A stretch of 64,000 nucleotides of DNA, taken from the NCBI GenBank assembly GCA_021790815.1, contig JAJYFT010000001.1, positions 27,777 to 91,776 of the forward strand, written 5' to 3'. The stretch's first letter is position 1; each line of letters starts with the position of its first letter. Shown piece after piece: positions 10,474 through 20,905 of this stretch. Below the pieces are notes generated by a model, which was not told the DNA's origin, searched no databases, and was given only the letters and a program-made list of their open reading frames with translations. Origin of the DNA: Actinomycetes bacterium (GTDB lineage Bacteria; Actinomycetota; Acidimicrobiia; Acidimicrobiales; JABEUL01). The position numbers were made by a program, and so were the translations under genes.

Positions 10474-12103
10474 TATACTTAGGTGTTTTCCACCATTTAT
10501 CTATCTCAAAATCTTCAGCAACTGTATTAGCGGCTATATACCCAGGGCCACCAATTATTAACCCACCCGGATAACTAGATGCACCACACAGATAAAGACC
10601 ATCGATTGGACTTCTTCCTGCTATAACTGAATCATGAGGGCGGAACACACCCATTTGAAGTGGGTTATAATCGCCGTGCTTTATTGAACCACCAACCATA
10701 GTTTTTATCCTTGTTTCGATATCTAGTGGAGACTCGTGAGATGATGCCACAATTGAATCTTTCGTAATGTTTGGTGCATACTCACTCCACTTTGAAATTA
10801 GCCGATCTCTTAGGTTTGCCCCAACTTCTTCATAGTTAATTTTGGTTGAAAGTGGAACATGACTCTGCAAGAATGCAACTTCATGCCCTGGAATTCTTGG
10901 AAGAGTTGGGTCATAACGAGTTTCAGTGGTTGCGTGTCCTCCTACTTCATCACTATCAGAAATCTTGCCACTCAAAACAGCATCAAAATGCGTTGCCAAC
11001 TCGTTATAAGTTTCAAAACCTAAAATAGTCATTAGCGCATCATTAACCCACGGATCTTCAGAAATATATCTCGGGGCTTCTTTAAGTGCAAGTGAGACAG
11101 TGAAAAAAGACCACTGATCCCATTCCCAATTTTCAGCTGTTTGAACTAACTCACTTGGAACTAAGTCCCTATCGATAAGCTTTCCAAAAGTCTGAGGTGG
11201 TGGAAGACTAGAAATTATTGCCGATGCATTAATAACTCTTCCATCGTCTAAGATGACTCTTTTTGCTTGGTTGTTCTCTACGTCTATTTTTACGACTTCA
11301 GCATTATCAAGGATTATCCCTCCTGCCTGGTGAATCGCCCGTGAAAGTGAACCCGCTAATTTATGGGAGCCTCCATAACACTGTGCTTTATTTAGGTTTC
11401 TAGTTACAAGCAGTGGGACCAAAAATCCGAGACCACTATCTCTTGGATTCAAGCCCCACATGGTAGACATGTAGAGAAGTGCCATTCTTAACTTATCGTT
11501 TTCAAAGTTTTCTTCAATGATTTCCATTGGTGACATTTCTGTAAGACGAAGTGCTTCTTGACCCGATTCACCCCGATTAAGTGCTTCAATCATATCAATT
11601 GGCGACATTGGTGGCACATACGTCCCTGGAGCTAGTACATCATCAACAATTTTCTGCCACTGTCTCATTAGGTGGCCAAACCTTCTTGCATCTTTATCAG
11701 AAAACAGCGCTATTGAGTCTTTTGAGTCTTCAATCTGCTGACAAAGTACAAGTGAACTACCATCTTTAAATACAGCTGCAGTTTGGATATTTGGTTTTAT
11801 AAAAGTTAAACCGTGAACTCCTAAATCAAAATCCTGGAAAAGCGGCATATAGTCAACCATTAGATGATAAATGGCATGAGGGTTGGTATAAAAACCTGGG
11901 AATAACGTCTCTTCAGTTGCTAACCCCCCTCCAATTTCTTGTCTTCTCTCAATGACGACAGTCTTTAAGCCCGCTTTTGCCAAATATGCTGCCGTAATTA
12001 ATCCATTAGGACCCGCACCAATTACTGCCACATCAAAGCTTGATTCTTGTGGAAACTGTGCGAGTAAATTTACATCTGGAGTTGCTTCGTAACTTTGCCT
12101 CAT
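10439..12103 (-). CDS. FAD-dependent oxidoreductase, phytoene desaturase (CrtI/CrtO)-like family, paralog 2 of 4
   Basis: The track ORF extends to 12157. The ATG at 12103..12101 shares one base with the upstream TGA (sequence CTGATG), giving [10 protein letters not shown].... Rossmann motif [37 protein letters not shown] and C-terminal [10 protein letters not shown]. Confidence 0.8.
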   Translation of the reverse strand: MRQSYEATPDVNLLAQFPQESSFDVAVIGAGPNGLITAAYLAKAGLKTVVIERRQEIGGGLATEETLFPGFYTNPHAIYHLMVDYMPLFQDFDLGVHGLTFIKPNIQTAAVFKDGSSLVLCQQIEDSKDSIALFSDKDARRFGHLMRQWQKIVDDVLAPGTYVPPMSPIDMIEALNRGESGQEALRLTEMSPMEIIEENFENDKLRMALLYMSTMWGLNPRDSGLGFLVPLLVTRNLNKAQCYGGSHKLAGSLSRAIHQAGGIILDNAEVVKIDVENNQAKRVILDDGRVINASAIISSLPPPQTFGKLIDRDLVPSELVQTAENWEWDQWSFFTVSLALKEAPRYISEDPWVNDALMTILGFETYNELATHFDAVLSGKISDSDEVGGHATTETRYDPTLPRIPGHEVAFLQSHVPLSTKINYEEVGANLRDRLISKWSEYAPNITKDSIVASSHESPLDIETRIKTMVGGSIKHGDYNPLQMGVFRPHDSVIAGRSPIDGLYLCGASSYPGGLIIGGPGYIAANTVAEDFEIDKWWKTPKYIEKYKEAYLEA

Positions 12104-13806
12104 CAGTTTTGACTCCCTTTCTTTGTATCGGCCACATAGTATGGTGATGGGTACCACCAGTTTCCTGGACTTGCTATTTTGTCTTCTATCAAAACGTGCA
12201 TCAAATTATATGGAACAGCCATAAGACAAAGCCCCCCCGGGTGAGAAGTATGGTTACAAAGATAGAGGTTTTCTATCGGAGTCTTATATCGACCAAGCTC
12301 TTTGATCGGTCTCGATCCAAACCATTGATCTTCAGACTGCCTGGCTCCGTACCAGTTTCCACCTGACATTCCAGCGTTCCTAAACTCCGAGTCATAAGGT
12401 GTGTTCAAAAATACCTCAACTATATTATTGCTATTCATATTTGGGGCGAGTGACTCAAGAAGGTCGAGCGCAGCCTTGGTTATTTCATCTTTATGGCGAT
12501 TTATGCCTTCTGGACCTTCAACATCGTATTGAGGAGGAGGAACCTCCAAGTAAATTGGAGATAAGACGTGATATCCCTCTGGACAACGAGTCCTATCGTA
12601 TACATCATGTTGACAGATCATCATGGTGAGATGCTCTTTAGTAAGAACTGGCGCCTTTTTCTTTGAGTAAGCGTCTTTAGTTTGAGTATGAAAGAAGTCA
12701 ATCGAATCAACCGGAGCAGCAACACAAGATGGGTAAACCTCTTCTGGAAACGCATCCTCTCTGCCGTGATATTTGGGAAGTTCTCTGCATAATACTGACA
12801 ACACGTACAAGCTTCCACCTTTAAGTGAAACGTCTCGTACCTTTTGAACAAATGAAGCATCAAGATGAGTTTGGCCGATTAACTTCAAGAATGTCTGCTT
12901 GACGTCAACTGCCGAGATAACTGCTTTGTCAGCCCAAATTGTTTTTTCTGGGTAGGAAGCTTTATCGTCAAGTTTTACTCCAACCGCCCGACCATCTTTA
13001 ACAAGGATCTCTCCAACCGATGCGTTAGTAATAACGCGAGCTCCATTTGCAATAGCTGATCTTATAATTGCGTGTGCATAGGAGTGCATTCCACCTCTTG
13101 GTGACCCTGAACTATACCCTACCAACAGCGTCCCACCGAGTGAAGGAAGCAACATCCCGTCCCAACCAGGGTGAGCTCCGCAGTACCATGCAGCAAATGC
13201 TTGAAAGGTGCGAAGCGGTTCCCAGGGAACGAACTCATCGAGGAAATCCAAAAAGCTCATTTCGACGAGGCGCTCACTCCAAAGACCTGGAAGCTGCTTT
13301 CTGAACTCTTGCCACATTGGAGCATCCTTAGGCTCAATTTCAACCGAATCTGGAAGTGGTGGTGTCCAAAATATTGACCTCAAGAGATCCCGTAAACCAT
13401 CATCTCCCATCGATCCTAAAAATACCTCTTCGGCCCCAACTGCATCTTGTCCCGTGTAATAGCTCACACTTTTCTGTGCTACTTCACGATTCCAACGACC
13501 TCCTAAGTTGGCCGCTACCCCGTCAGTAGTAACCAAACCAGCCATCGACTGATAGTAAACCATTCTGAATCCGTACTTAGCTAGATCCAACTGCTCAAAC
13601 CCTGGCGCGGCACCTCCATAAAGGTACGTAGCATGTGGATCAATCCTGAAACCAGGACGTGGTTCGGTATTTTCTTGACCTCCACCACATTCAGGTCTTT
13701 CTTCAAGTATGCAGACTGAGAGACCGCACTTAGCCAAATAGGCAGCTATCGTTGTGCCGTTATGACCTCCCCCAACTACAACAATGTCAAAGTGCTCTTC
13801 TCGCAC
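12103..13806 (-). CDS. FAD-dependent oxidoreductase, phytoene desaturase (CrtI/CrtO)-like family, paralog 1 of 4 (first gene of operon)
   Basis: 567 aa. GTG start preceded by [44 protein letters not shown] and C-terminal NHTSHPGG. Confidence 0.8.
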   Translation of the reverse strand: MREEHFDIVVVGGGHNGTTIAAYLAKCGLSVCILEERPECGGGQENTEPRPGFRIDPHATYLYGGAAPGFEQLDLAKYGFRMVYYQSMAGLVTTDGVAANLGGRWNREVAQKSVSYYTGQDAVGAEEVFLGSMGDDGLRDLLRSIFWTPPLPDSVEIEPKDAPMWQEFRKQLPGLWSERLVEMSFLDFLDEFVPWEPLRTFQAFAAWYCGAHPGWDGMLLPSLGGTLLVGYSSGSPRGGMHSYAHAIIRSAIANGARVITNASVGEILVKDGRAVGVKLDDKASYPEKTIWADKAVISAVDVKQTFLKLIGQTHLDASFVQKVRDVSLKGGSLYVLSVLCRELPKYHGREDAFPEEVYPSCVAAPVDSIDFFHTQTKDAYSKKKAPVLTKEHLTMMICQHDVYDRTRCPEGYHVLSPIYLEVPPPQYDVEGPEGINRHKDEITKAALDLLESLAPNMNSNNIVEVFLNTPYDSEFRNAGMSGGNWYGARQSEDQWFGSRPIKELGRYKTPIENLYLCNHTSHPGGLCLMAVPYNLMHVLIEDKIASPGNWWYPSPYYVADTKKGSQN

Positions 13807-13920
13807 TTAAACCTCCTTACCTACACGATTTAAAATGAAACATGTCACGCCGCCAAAATCGACTGCTAAACTTTGTTTACAAAACCTCAATAAAAGTAAA
13901 CTCTTTTGAGGTAAAATGTG

Positions 13921-13940
13921 ATAGGGACTAAAGTCCCTAT
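13921..13940. promoter_or_regulatory. DosR/DevR-type box (perfect 14-bp core), candidate operator of the 13806..1001 operon
   Basis: ATAGGGACTAAAGTCCCTAT has perfect 9-bp inverted arms around AA. The core GGGACTAAAGTCCC equals the M. tuberculosis Dos box core GGGACTWWAGTCCC. It lies 115 nt upstream of the GTG at 13806, in the region divergent from a TetR gene. Confidence 0.7.
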
Positions 13941-14227
13941 TATGCAAAAAATTGTGAGGCATGGTGAGTTCTAGAGGGATCAAAATTACTGCAAAGATAG
14001 CTCTAATTAATAAAGCTGTGATACGTTGAATCTACACATGAAAATGGTTACCCTCGGACCACCAACTACCAACCACAAGATCAATACAATTGTAACCAGG
14101 GATTTCCCATCACAAATAGATTTGCTTATGCTTAGTCGCAAGTCAATATTATTATTTAGAGAACTTTCTTTAACTGGAAATTTATGCCAAGAAATACGAG
14201 TTCATAATAGGAAAGATTTACACAAAT

Positions 14228-14863
14228 ATGTCAAATAATCCTGCTAGTAAAAAACTTGTTCTTCCTGCAAATGAAATAGAACTTCAATTAAAAATTGAAT
14301 CGCTTACCCAGGTAAATAAGAGCTGGTCGAAAATGTTGAACGCAGCACTAATCCTATTTTCTGAATACGGCATTGCCCAGACCACAATGGAACAAATCGC
14401 TGAAAGAGCTGACGTATCTAGAATGTGGCTTTACAAGACATTCGGGAACAAAAGCGGTTTGGTTAGAGCAGTTGTAGACATGGAAATGAACAACTTTTTC
14501 TTTAATCTCAACTCCCACCTCGCACAGATCCCGAATGGAACAGAACTAATACTTGAAGCTTTTGCGCTAACAGTCAAATTCTTAAGAGGCCATGCATTGC
14601 TTCAGAGATTACTGGACTCTGAACCTGAAACTCTGCTGCCAATGCTTACGATCGACGCCAAAGAGATGGTTGCTAGAGGAATTGAACTTATGACGCCTTG
14701 GTTAGTGGTACGCGGAGACGTAAAGAAAGAAAAAGCACAATTAGTAGCCGAGGTTCTGGTAAGACTACTAACCACAACTGTAATCATGCCAAAAGGTGAA
14801 ATAGATTTAGATGATACTAATGAAATCAAGAATTGGCTTCGAAACTCAATAAACTTTAGCTAA
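14228..14863 (+). CDS. TetR/AcrR family transcriptional regulator
   Basis: 211 aa. N-terminal HTH ILFSEYGIAQTTMEQIAERADVSRMWLYKTFGNKSGLV. Confidence 0.85.
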   Translation: MSNNPASKKLVLPANEIELQLKIESLTQVNKSWSKMLNAALILFSEYGIAQTTMEQIAERADVSRMWLYKTFGNKSGLVRAVVDMEMNNFFFNLNSHLAQIPNGTELILEAFALTVKFLRGHALLQRLLDSEPETLLPMLTIDAKEMVARGIELMTPWLVVRGDVKKEKAQLVAEVLVRLLTTTVIMPKGEIDLDDTNEIKNWLRNSINFS

Positions 14864-14919
14864 TTTTGACGTTCTATTTCTTCTGGTGCTTAGATAACTT
14901 AAGCTTTTAGAGTACAATA

Positions 14920-16221
14920 ATGAGTCGCAATCTAAAAATAATTTACATCTCCAGAATAACAATGAGCGCTTCAAGAGCATTGGCAGCCGTCTTGGTACCT
15001 ATTTACTTTGCACTTCTTGGGTTAAAAGGAACACAACTCGGATTGATATTTTTTGGAGTTGCTATAGTTTCAACTCTAATTTCAACTTTAAGTGGTATGA
15101 CATCAGATCGCATCGGCCGCAAACCTTTTCTAATTTTTATACCACTTCTAGCTTCAATTGCAGCAGTTGCATTCATTTTAACCACCAACATCTATTTGCT
15201 GGCACTATTTTCTATGCTCGGAAGCTTCGGCCGAGGTGCTGGTGCTGGTGCTGGCCAAATTGGTCCTTACCAACCTGTTGAATCTGCATTAGCAGTTGAA
15301 AGCGTCGAGAGTTCTAAGAGAAACCAGGTTTTCGGAAGACTTGCATTTGCTTCATCAATTGGAGCCTTAATTGGATCTGCCATCGCCATCACTTTCCCAA
15401 CACAAAATCATTTAGTACTACATTCACTTGGAATGTTTAAAATTGGTTTTCTTACTACAGCAATTGGCCCACTATTTAGCTCAACACTTGCTGTGTTCAT
15501 AAAAGAAACCCACCAAACAAACAAGCAGGCATCAACTGAAACTGCTAGACGAAGTTTGAACGGATCGAACAAACCTAAATTTCAACTTCCCAAGAATTCG
15601 ATGTGGTTACTCAAAAGATTATTTATAACAAATGGAATTAACGGTCTTGCAGTTGGAATGTTTGGACCATTTGTCACCTACTGGCTATATGTAAAGTTTG
15701 GTGCCTCAGTTTCTTCAATTGGTGTTCTATATACGCTTGTCAATATCGCAACACTTCCATCAACTCTTTCTGCCGCCCCAATAGCGAAGAAACTTGGTCT
15801 TGTTAAAACTGTTACATTGGTTCGTACCATCCAGGCTCTGCTACTTATCCCAATGGTTCTTGCCCCAACATATGCTATTGCAGGTGGTATTTATCTTGTT
15901 CGGATGGTCTTCCAGAGAATTGGCATGCCACTTAGACAGTCTTATGTTGTAGCAATGGCAGATAAAGATGAGCGGGCGACTGTAACTGCATTGTCGAATA
16001 TTCCAAGCCAAACAGCTAATGCAATCGGTCCAGCTTTTGCTGGTTACTTATTCGATAACGTGAGCCTTGATCTCCCATTTATGTTAGCCGCAATTTTTCA
16101 GCTTTTAAACAGTGGACTTTACTGGATCTTCTTTCACAAGATCCCTCCTCAAGATGAAATAGACTACAACGTGAAGTTAGATAAAACTAGCACAGAAAAT
16201 AAAAATTCTCGACAAGATTAA
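14920..16221 (+). CDS. MFS transporter
   Basis: 433 aa, about 12 hydrophobic segments, MFS motif A-like GMTSDRIGRKPFL. Confidence 0.8.
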   Translation: MSRNLKIIYISRITMSASRALAAVLVPIYFALLGLKGTQLGLIFFGVAIVSTLISTLSGMTSDRIGRKPFLIFIPLLASIAAVAFILTTNIYLLALFSMLGSFGRGAGAGAGQIGPYQPVESALAVESVESSKRNQVFGRLAFASSIGALIGSAIAITFPTQNHLVLHSLGMFKIGFLTTAIGPLFSSTLAVFIKETHQTNKQASTETARRSLNGSNKPKFQLPKNSMWLLKRLFITNGINGLAVGMFGPFVTYWLYVKFGASVSSIGVLYTLVNIATLPSTLSAAPIAKKLGLVKTVTLVRTIQALLLIPMVLAPTYAIAGGIYLVRMVFQRIGMPLRQSYVVAMADKDERATVTALSNIPSQTANAIGPAFAGYLFDNVSLDLPFMLAAIFQLLNSGLYWIFFHKIPPQDEIDYNVKLDKTSTENKNSRQD

Positions 16222-16344
16222 ATTTCTCGTTGTAACACTTTGGTTTTTCTACGATCGCTTAAGAAAACTTTACCTAAATGGCAACTTTCACAATTAATTT
16301 TAATTTCGTCTCACTCTTTAATCATGAGATGTTAGTATTTCAAT

Positions 16345-16563
16345 ATGTCAAAAACTGTACAAGAATGGCTCAATGCCTATGCTGAGAAAATTGGCGGTGA
16401 GGCTCCGAATGAGGCAGAAGTAAACGATCTACTTTCAATCGCTGGAATCGCTGCCCACAGCTCAGAAAGAACTGCTGCTCCACTTACATGCTACATGATC
16501 GGGAAGTATGGCCTAAGTCCAAATGATGCTCTTAGTTTCGCGAAAGAACTTGAATCTGAGTAA
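16345..16563 (+). CDS. DUF6457-like small protein (family I recall as often next to mobA in actinobacteria)
   Basis: 72 aa. The pattern EWL..........EVNDLLSIAGIAAHSSERTAAPLTCYMIGK resembles DUF6457 as I remember it (..W....lG......v..lLdlAr..AH.v.RpAAPlT.fl.G). Confidence 0.5.
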   Translation: MSKTVQEWLNAYAEKIGGEAPNEAEVNDLLSIAGIAAHSSERTAAPLTCYMIGKYGLSPNDALSFAKELESE

Positions 16564-17325
16564 TTAAGAAATACTCAAAGCCAGAGTTGCTTGCTTGCTA
16601 ACGTATAAAATCGTTCTCATCTAATTAGCAACTTATCTAAAAAGCGTTTCTTTTGGCTTAAGATATTTTGGCTCTAATGCAAATCAAAATAGAGTCTTCA
16701 ATTGGCCAGAAAGACAAGCTGCAAATGTGACATTTCGGCTTCCAATCAAAGAGTGACATCAAATATTAGAAGATTTAACACTGGCTTATGCAATTTTGAC
16801 AAATCACCCAGAATATAGTGTTTTGGACAAGTTAAACCAATGACCACTAAAGACCGTGTTCTTCTACACTACGTTTGATTTACTGTTGTACTGAAGTGCA
16901 ATAGGCCTATAAAGATCAAAAAGTATTACTAGTAGGGTAAATGTAGTTTCAACAGACGCTGCGCGCAGAGGGTTAAAACATAATTACGATTTTTTAAAGA
17001 TTGGCGAGAGGTAGATTCTATTTCGAGCTTCACAAATTTATAACTAAAACTATGTTTTGCGTGTGATCCATTTTAACTAGGTTGATTCACAATTCACAAA
17101 CTATAGATTTAAATTAGAGAATCAATGAGAAAAATAAAAAAGTGAGTACCGATTGGCACTTGCTGAGATTTACTTATTTAAACCCAAATAAGATTGGCAG
17201 ATTTCACGGGAAAAAGCGCAGAACTGATTTGTCACTATCCGTAAAACGGTACAACTATTCCCTGGTTAACACATATATTTGCATTATTCGTGCAGTTTGT
17301 TCTCGTATAGTATATTATTATATGA

Positions 17326-19062
17326 ATGTCTACCGCTGATGGCTCCTTGAAGTTTGAATATGTTGCAGTTCACAAGAGGGGAAATTTGCACATCTTTAGT
17401 AGAAAGCTTGAGTTATATCCAACAAGACCTTCAAGATACCTATTTTTAATTGTTGTCGTTTTATCAACAATCATCCTTTACTACCAGCAATACGTTGCTG
17501 GAGCAGTTGGCCCATCGATCATTGCCTACTACCACATCTCTTTTAAGTTCTATGTAAATATAACTGTAGTTGCAAGTATTGCTGGAGCAGTTGCTTCACT
17601 AATAGCGGGGCTCGCAGATAGATGGGGTCGTGCAAATATAGTTGTCTTTGGTTTGCTTGCAGCAAGTCTGGTAACTTTTTTCGGGGTTCCCCACGCAACT
17701 AACTCAATTGAGTTCGGCTCATTTGCAGCAATTGTCGGTTTTATAGAGGGACTCGTGCTAGTTGCAACTCCAGCTCTTGTCCGTGATTTCTCTCCACAGA
17801 CTGGGAGAGGGGCAGCCGTTGGGTTCTGGACTCTTGGGCCAGTTATGGCTTCTTTAGTAGTATCAGAAGTATCTTCACATACATTAAACCATCTCCATGC
17901 ATGGCAAGACCAGTACACGATAGCAGGAAGTGTTGGTTTGTTTATATTCATTATTGCACTTTTTGGTTTAAGGGAACTTAAACCCGAGTTGAGAGATCAA
18001 CTCATGGTTTCATTGAAGAGTCGAAAACTTATTGAACTGAAAGTAAACAATATCGATGTAGCTACAGCACTCAAACATCCTTGGAAACAGATGACTCAAC
18101 TTAACATTGCACTTCCAGCGCTCGCGGTGAGCGTTTTTCTTTTAATCTACTATGCCGCAGTCGGGTTTTTTGTAGTCTACTTCGTCTCTGTGTTTGGGTT
18201 TAGTGAAGCTCAGGGAAACGGTCTTGGAAATTGGTTCTGGGCAGTAGATGCAATAGGTGTAGTTGTCATAGGAATAATTTCGGACAGAATTAGGGTCAGA
18301 AAACCACTAATGCTGATAGGTGCTCTGGTGGCGATAGTGATGACAATTATATTTCTCTCGAAAGCGACAGAGCCAAATACTACTTATTCTACTTTCGTAG
18401 TGATAATTTCAATTCTTTCTGGATCAAGGGCTGTTGCCTACTCTCCTTGGATGACTGCGTTTAGTGAAACCATAGAATCAAGAAACCCAGCTCTAGTTGC
18501 TACTGGCTTAGCAATTTGGGGTTGGATACTTCGTGTCGTCGTTGCCGTTTCTTTCCTAATAGTTCCTTACGTTGTGACATCAGCAACTACACTTGTAACT
18601 TACGGCCAAACCGCTAAACTGTATCTCAACGAGTATCCTAGTCAAATTAAAACGGCTCAGGCTATCGATACTACAACACGTGCTGAATTAAGAGCTAACA
18701 GCAAGAATACTGTAGCTATCTTTAAAGCAATTAGTGAAATTAAAAGTAATGAACACGTATCGTCCGCAATAGCCATAAAAGATTTGATTGCACTTCGCAA
18801 TGTGCCAAAGCCCGTACTTACTTTCTTAGATGCACATGGGACTGCAGTTCAAAATGCGAGCAAAGCCGCACCACATGAATGGCAGCGATGGTGGTGGGTA
18901 TGTGTTGGAGGTGAAATATTCTTTGTTCCTACAATATTTCTTCTTAAAGGGAGATGGAGACCAAAGACAGCAAAACAAGATATTGTAAACTACGAAGCTG
19001 CACTAGAAAAAGAACTTACCGCTATGGCTTTTAATCGAACACCAGAAATTGGTTCTTTATAA
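17326..19062 (+). CDS. MFS transporter with C-terminal extension
   Basis: 578 aa with many TM segments. Motif GLADRWGRANIVVFG, plus a ~150 aa partly soluble C-terminal tail ending in one more TM. Confidence 0.75.
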   Translation: MSTADGSLKFEYVAVHKRGNLHIFSRKLELYPTRPSRYLFLIVVVLSTIILYYQQYVAGAVGPSIIAYYHISFKFYVNITVVASIAGAVASLIAGLADRWGRANIVVFGLLAASLVTFFGVPHATNSIEFGSFAAIVGFIEGLVLVATPALVRDFSPQTGRGAAVGFWTLGPVMASLVVSEVSSHTLNHLHAWQDQYTIAGSVGLFIFIIALFGLRELKPELRDQLMVSLKSRKLIELKVNNIDVATALKHPWKQMTQLNIALPALAVSVFLLIYYAAVGFFVVYFVSVFGFSEAQGNGLGNWFWAVDAIGVVVIGIISDRIRVRKPLMLIGALVAIVMTIIFLSKATEPNTTYSTFVVIISILSGSRAVAYSPWMTAFSETIESRNPALVATGLAIWGWILRVVVAVSFLIVPYVVTSATTLVTYGQTAKLYLNEYPSQIKTAQAIDTTTRAELRANSKNTVAIFKAISEIKSNEHVSSAIAIKDLIALRNVPKPVLTFLDAHGTAVQNASKAAPHEWQRWWWVCVGGEIFFVPTIFLLKGRWRPKTAKQDIVNYEAALEKELTAMAFNRTPEIGSL

Positions 19063-19381
19063 CGCAACGAGTAAAAACTAGCGTGAATTGCCTTCCTTCT
19101 ATCAGACCTGTTTAACATAGTAGGAGTCATAACACGCATTCGGTCGACGATAGACTGCTTTAAACACGTTGACATATACTGAATTTTATTCTTTGCAAAA
19201 CAATTAACTTATCTTGCTCGTATTAAACTTGTCTTAGAGTCAAGCAACATTTATATTCCGAATTAAAACACAACGGTTCACTGCGGACTGTAAGCAGTCT
19301 CGTTCTAAAGGCCGCACCTCTCTCAAATTAACTATCGTTAAAACACCTTTTTATCTTTTAAATTTCTTTTGATCAAGTCAC

Positions 19382-20851
19382 CTAGGCTGTCATATAGTCA
19401 ATAACATCTTTGGCGGAGTAATCTAATCCATACTTTGACACGATTGGTTTAAGAAATGACATATCCTGACCCATCGTCACAATTGGAGGTTCTTCCCTCC
19501 AAATTCTTTCAGAAAGATTTTCATTGTCATACTCTGTCTTGGATCTGCGACCAACGAGAGATTTTATAGGTCTTCTCTGTCCAAGTCCAATTGTTGCAAG
19601 TAAACCATTGCAAAGACATCGCCTTTCAGATGTTTCATCCATGTTCCCACCTTTTCTGACGAATGCTTTTTCTGGCTCAGCTGAACATCGATAGGTGATT
19701 TCATTGTTTTCATCTAAAACTGGAACCCTCAAGTACCCTGCATCGCAAACTCGTTTTCGCTCTTTGTAGACCACCTCATCTGAAACCGTTTTGTCGAGTT
19801 TCGCCACTTTAAATGGAAATCCAGTCGGTGATGATACTGGATCGTTGAATACCTCTAAGGTTCCGTCCAATGATTTATTTATGATCTCATGTTTGATATC
19901 ATCGTTCATTGCAGACTCTTTACAAAGAGCGAAAGCTGATCCCACTTGAACACCGCTTGCACCAAGCTCTTTTGCACTTTGAAGTCCTTCTTTGCTAGCC
20001 ATAGATCCAGCTATATAGAAAGGTAAGCCAATTTCTTTCATCTTGGAAAAATCTACTACATCTCTTTCGCCATAGATTGGTTGACCAGCATCATCTAAAA
20101 CAAGGTGTCCCCTAGGTGGCGCACTGTGTCCTCCCGCAATTGGACTTTCAACCACAAAACCATCAGGTTTTGTGCGATCACTCCTTGCTAAAAAATTGGC
20201 TAGAACATGGCTTGCTACAATTGCGAAAAACTTAGGTCTCTTTATTTTGTCTTTGAGCTTTGGAATTATGCCAATGCTAAACTTTCGATCTTTGGCTCCA
20301 ATAACATCAACTGAGATGTGGCTTTCCTTCCCATAAGAAAGATCTTCGATCAGCGATGGAAACTCAGCTGGTATACCGGCACCTGCAACAACATAGTCAA
20401 CACCTGCCAACATCGCTCCGTACAACGCTGACGGAGTAGCCATTTGAATCTTTTCTAAGTAGTTGATCCCAACTGGATTGCTGTGACCTTCCTTAGCAAG
20501 ATGAACCTCAACAAAATTTCCTGCAATTGTAACTCCTTCTGCAAATTCGGTTTGATCTAAACTTGGCAACAAAACTGGCTTGAAAGCCTTTGTTTCATCG
20601 ATCCCACCTTCAACAAAATACCTTTCAACTATCTGATTTGCTAGTTTTTTTAATGGGAAGTGTGAAAGTGCTTGTCGAATATGCCCATTTATATCACCTA
20701 ACTGCAGTTTCCTTATGAGTTGGGCATCAAGAGCTACTCCCGAAATGATTCCCAATCCTCCAGCGATTGAAACTGCTTTAGCCAGTTCCCATCCGGAAAC
20801 TCCTACTCCCATTCCACCTTGAATTATCTCTGGTAATGCATCTGCCGTCAT
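19382..20851 (-). CDS. nitronate monooxygenase / 2-nitropropane dioxygenase-like FMN oxidoreductase
   Basis: 489 aa. N-terminal IQGGMGVGVSGWELAKAVSIAGGLGIISG is typical of the NMO/enoyl reductase II fold. Internal GASGVQVGSAF. Confidence 0.7.
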   Translation of the reverse strand: MTADALPEIIQGGMGVGVSGWELAKAVSIAGGLGIISGVALDAQLIRKLQLGDINGHIRQALSHFPLKKLANQIVERYFVEGGIDETKAFKPVLLPSLDQTEFAEGVTIAGNFVEVHLAKEGHSNPVGINYLEKIQMATPSALYGAMLAGVDYVVAGAGIPAEFPSLIEDLSYGKESHISVDVIGAKDRKFSIGIIPKLKDKIKRPKFFAIVASHVLANFLARSDRTKPDGFVVESPIAGGHSAPPRGHLVLDDAGQPIYGERDVVDFSKMKEIGLPFYIAGSMASKEGLQSAKELGASGVQVGSAFALCKESAMNDDIKHEIINKSLDGTLEVFNDPVSSPTGFPFKVAKLDKTVSDEVVYKERKRVCDAGYLRVPVLDENNEITYRCSAEPEKAFVRKGGNMDETSERRCLCNGLLATIGLGQRRPIKSLVGRRSKTEYDNENLSERIWREEPPIVTMGQDMSFLKPIVSKYGLDYSAKDVIDYMTA

Positions 20852-20905
20852 ATATTTTCTTTCTCTAGTTGTTAATAATTTTTCAAATCCAAAAGCAATG
20901 GAAGT

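Noticed and set aside
14026-14238. 70-aa ORF upstream of the TetR gene, and similar small ORFs at 17142..17339 and 56366..56581
   Set aside because: They sit in AT-rich promoter or intergenic DNA and have no SD or motifs. They overlap the start regions of better-supported genes and are likely chance ORFs.
16596-16613. TGCTAACGTATAAAATCG as an inverted copy of the 32317 repeat, implying a 15.7 kb composite transposon
   Set aside because: Only TGCTAAC and AAAATC match, with an indel between them. There is no transposase and no flanking duplication. The similarity is too weak to support a mobile element.
19281-19302. CTGCGGACTGTAAGCAGTCTCG as a further Dos box
   Set aside because: The half-sites CGGACT and AGTCTC are separated by 6 nt instead of 2. 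The site lies between two convergent gene ends, not upstream of an operon. It may be a weak hairpin, but there is no T-tract, so I do not call it a terminator either.
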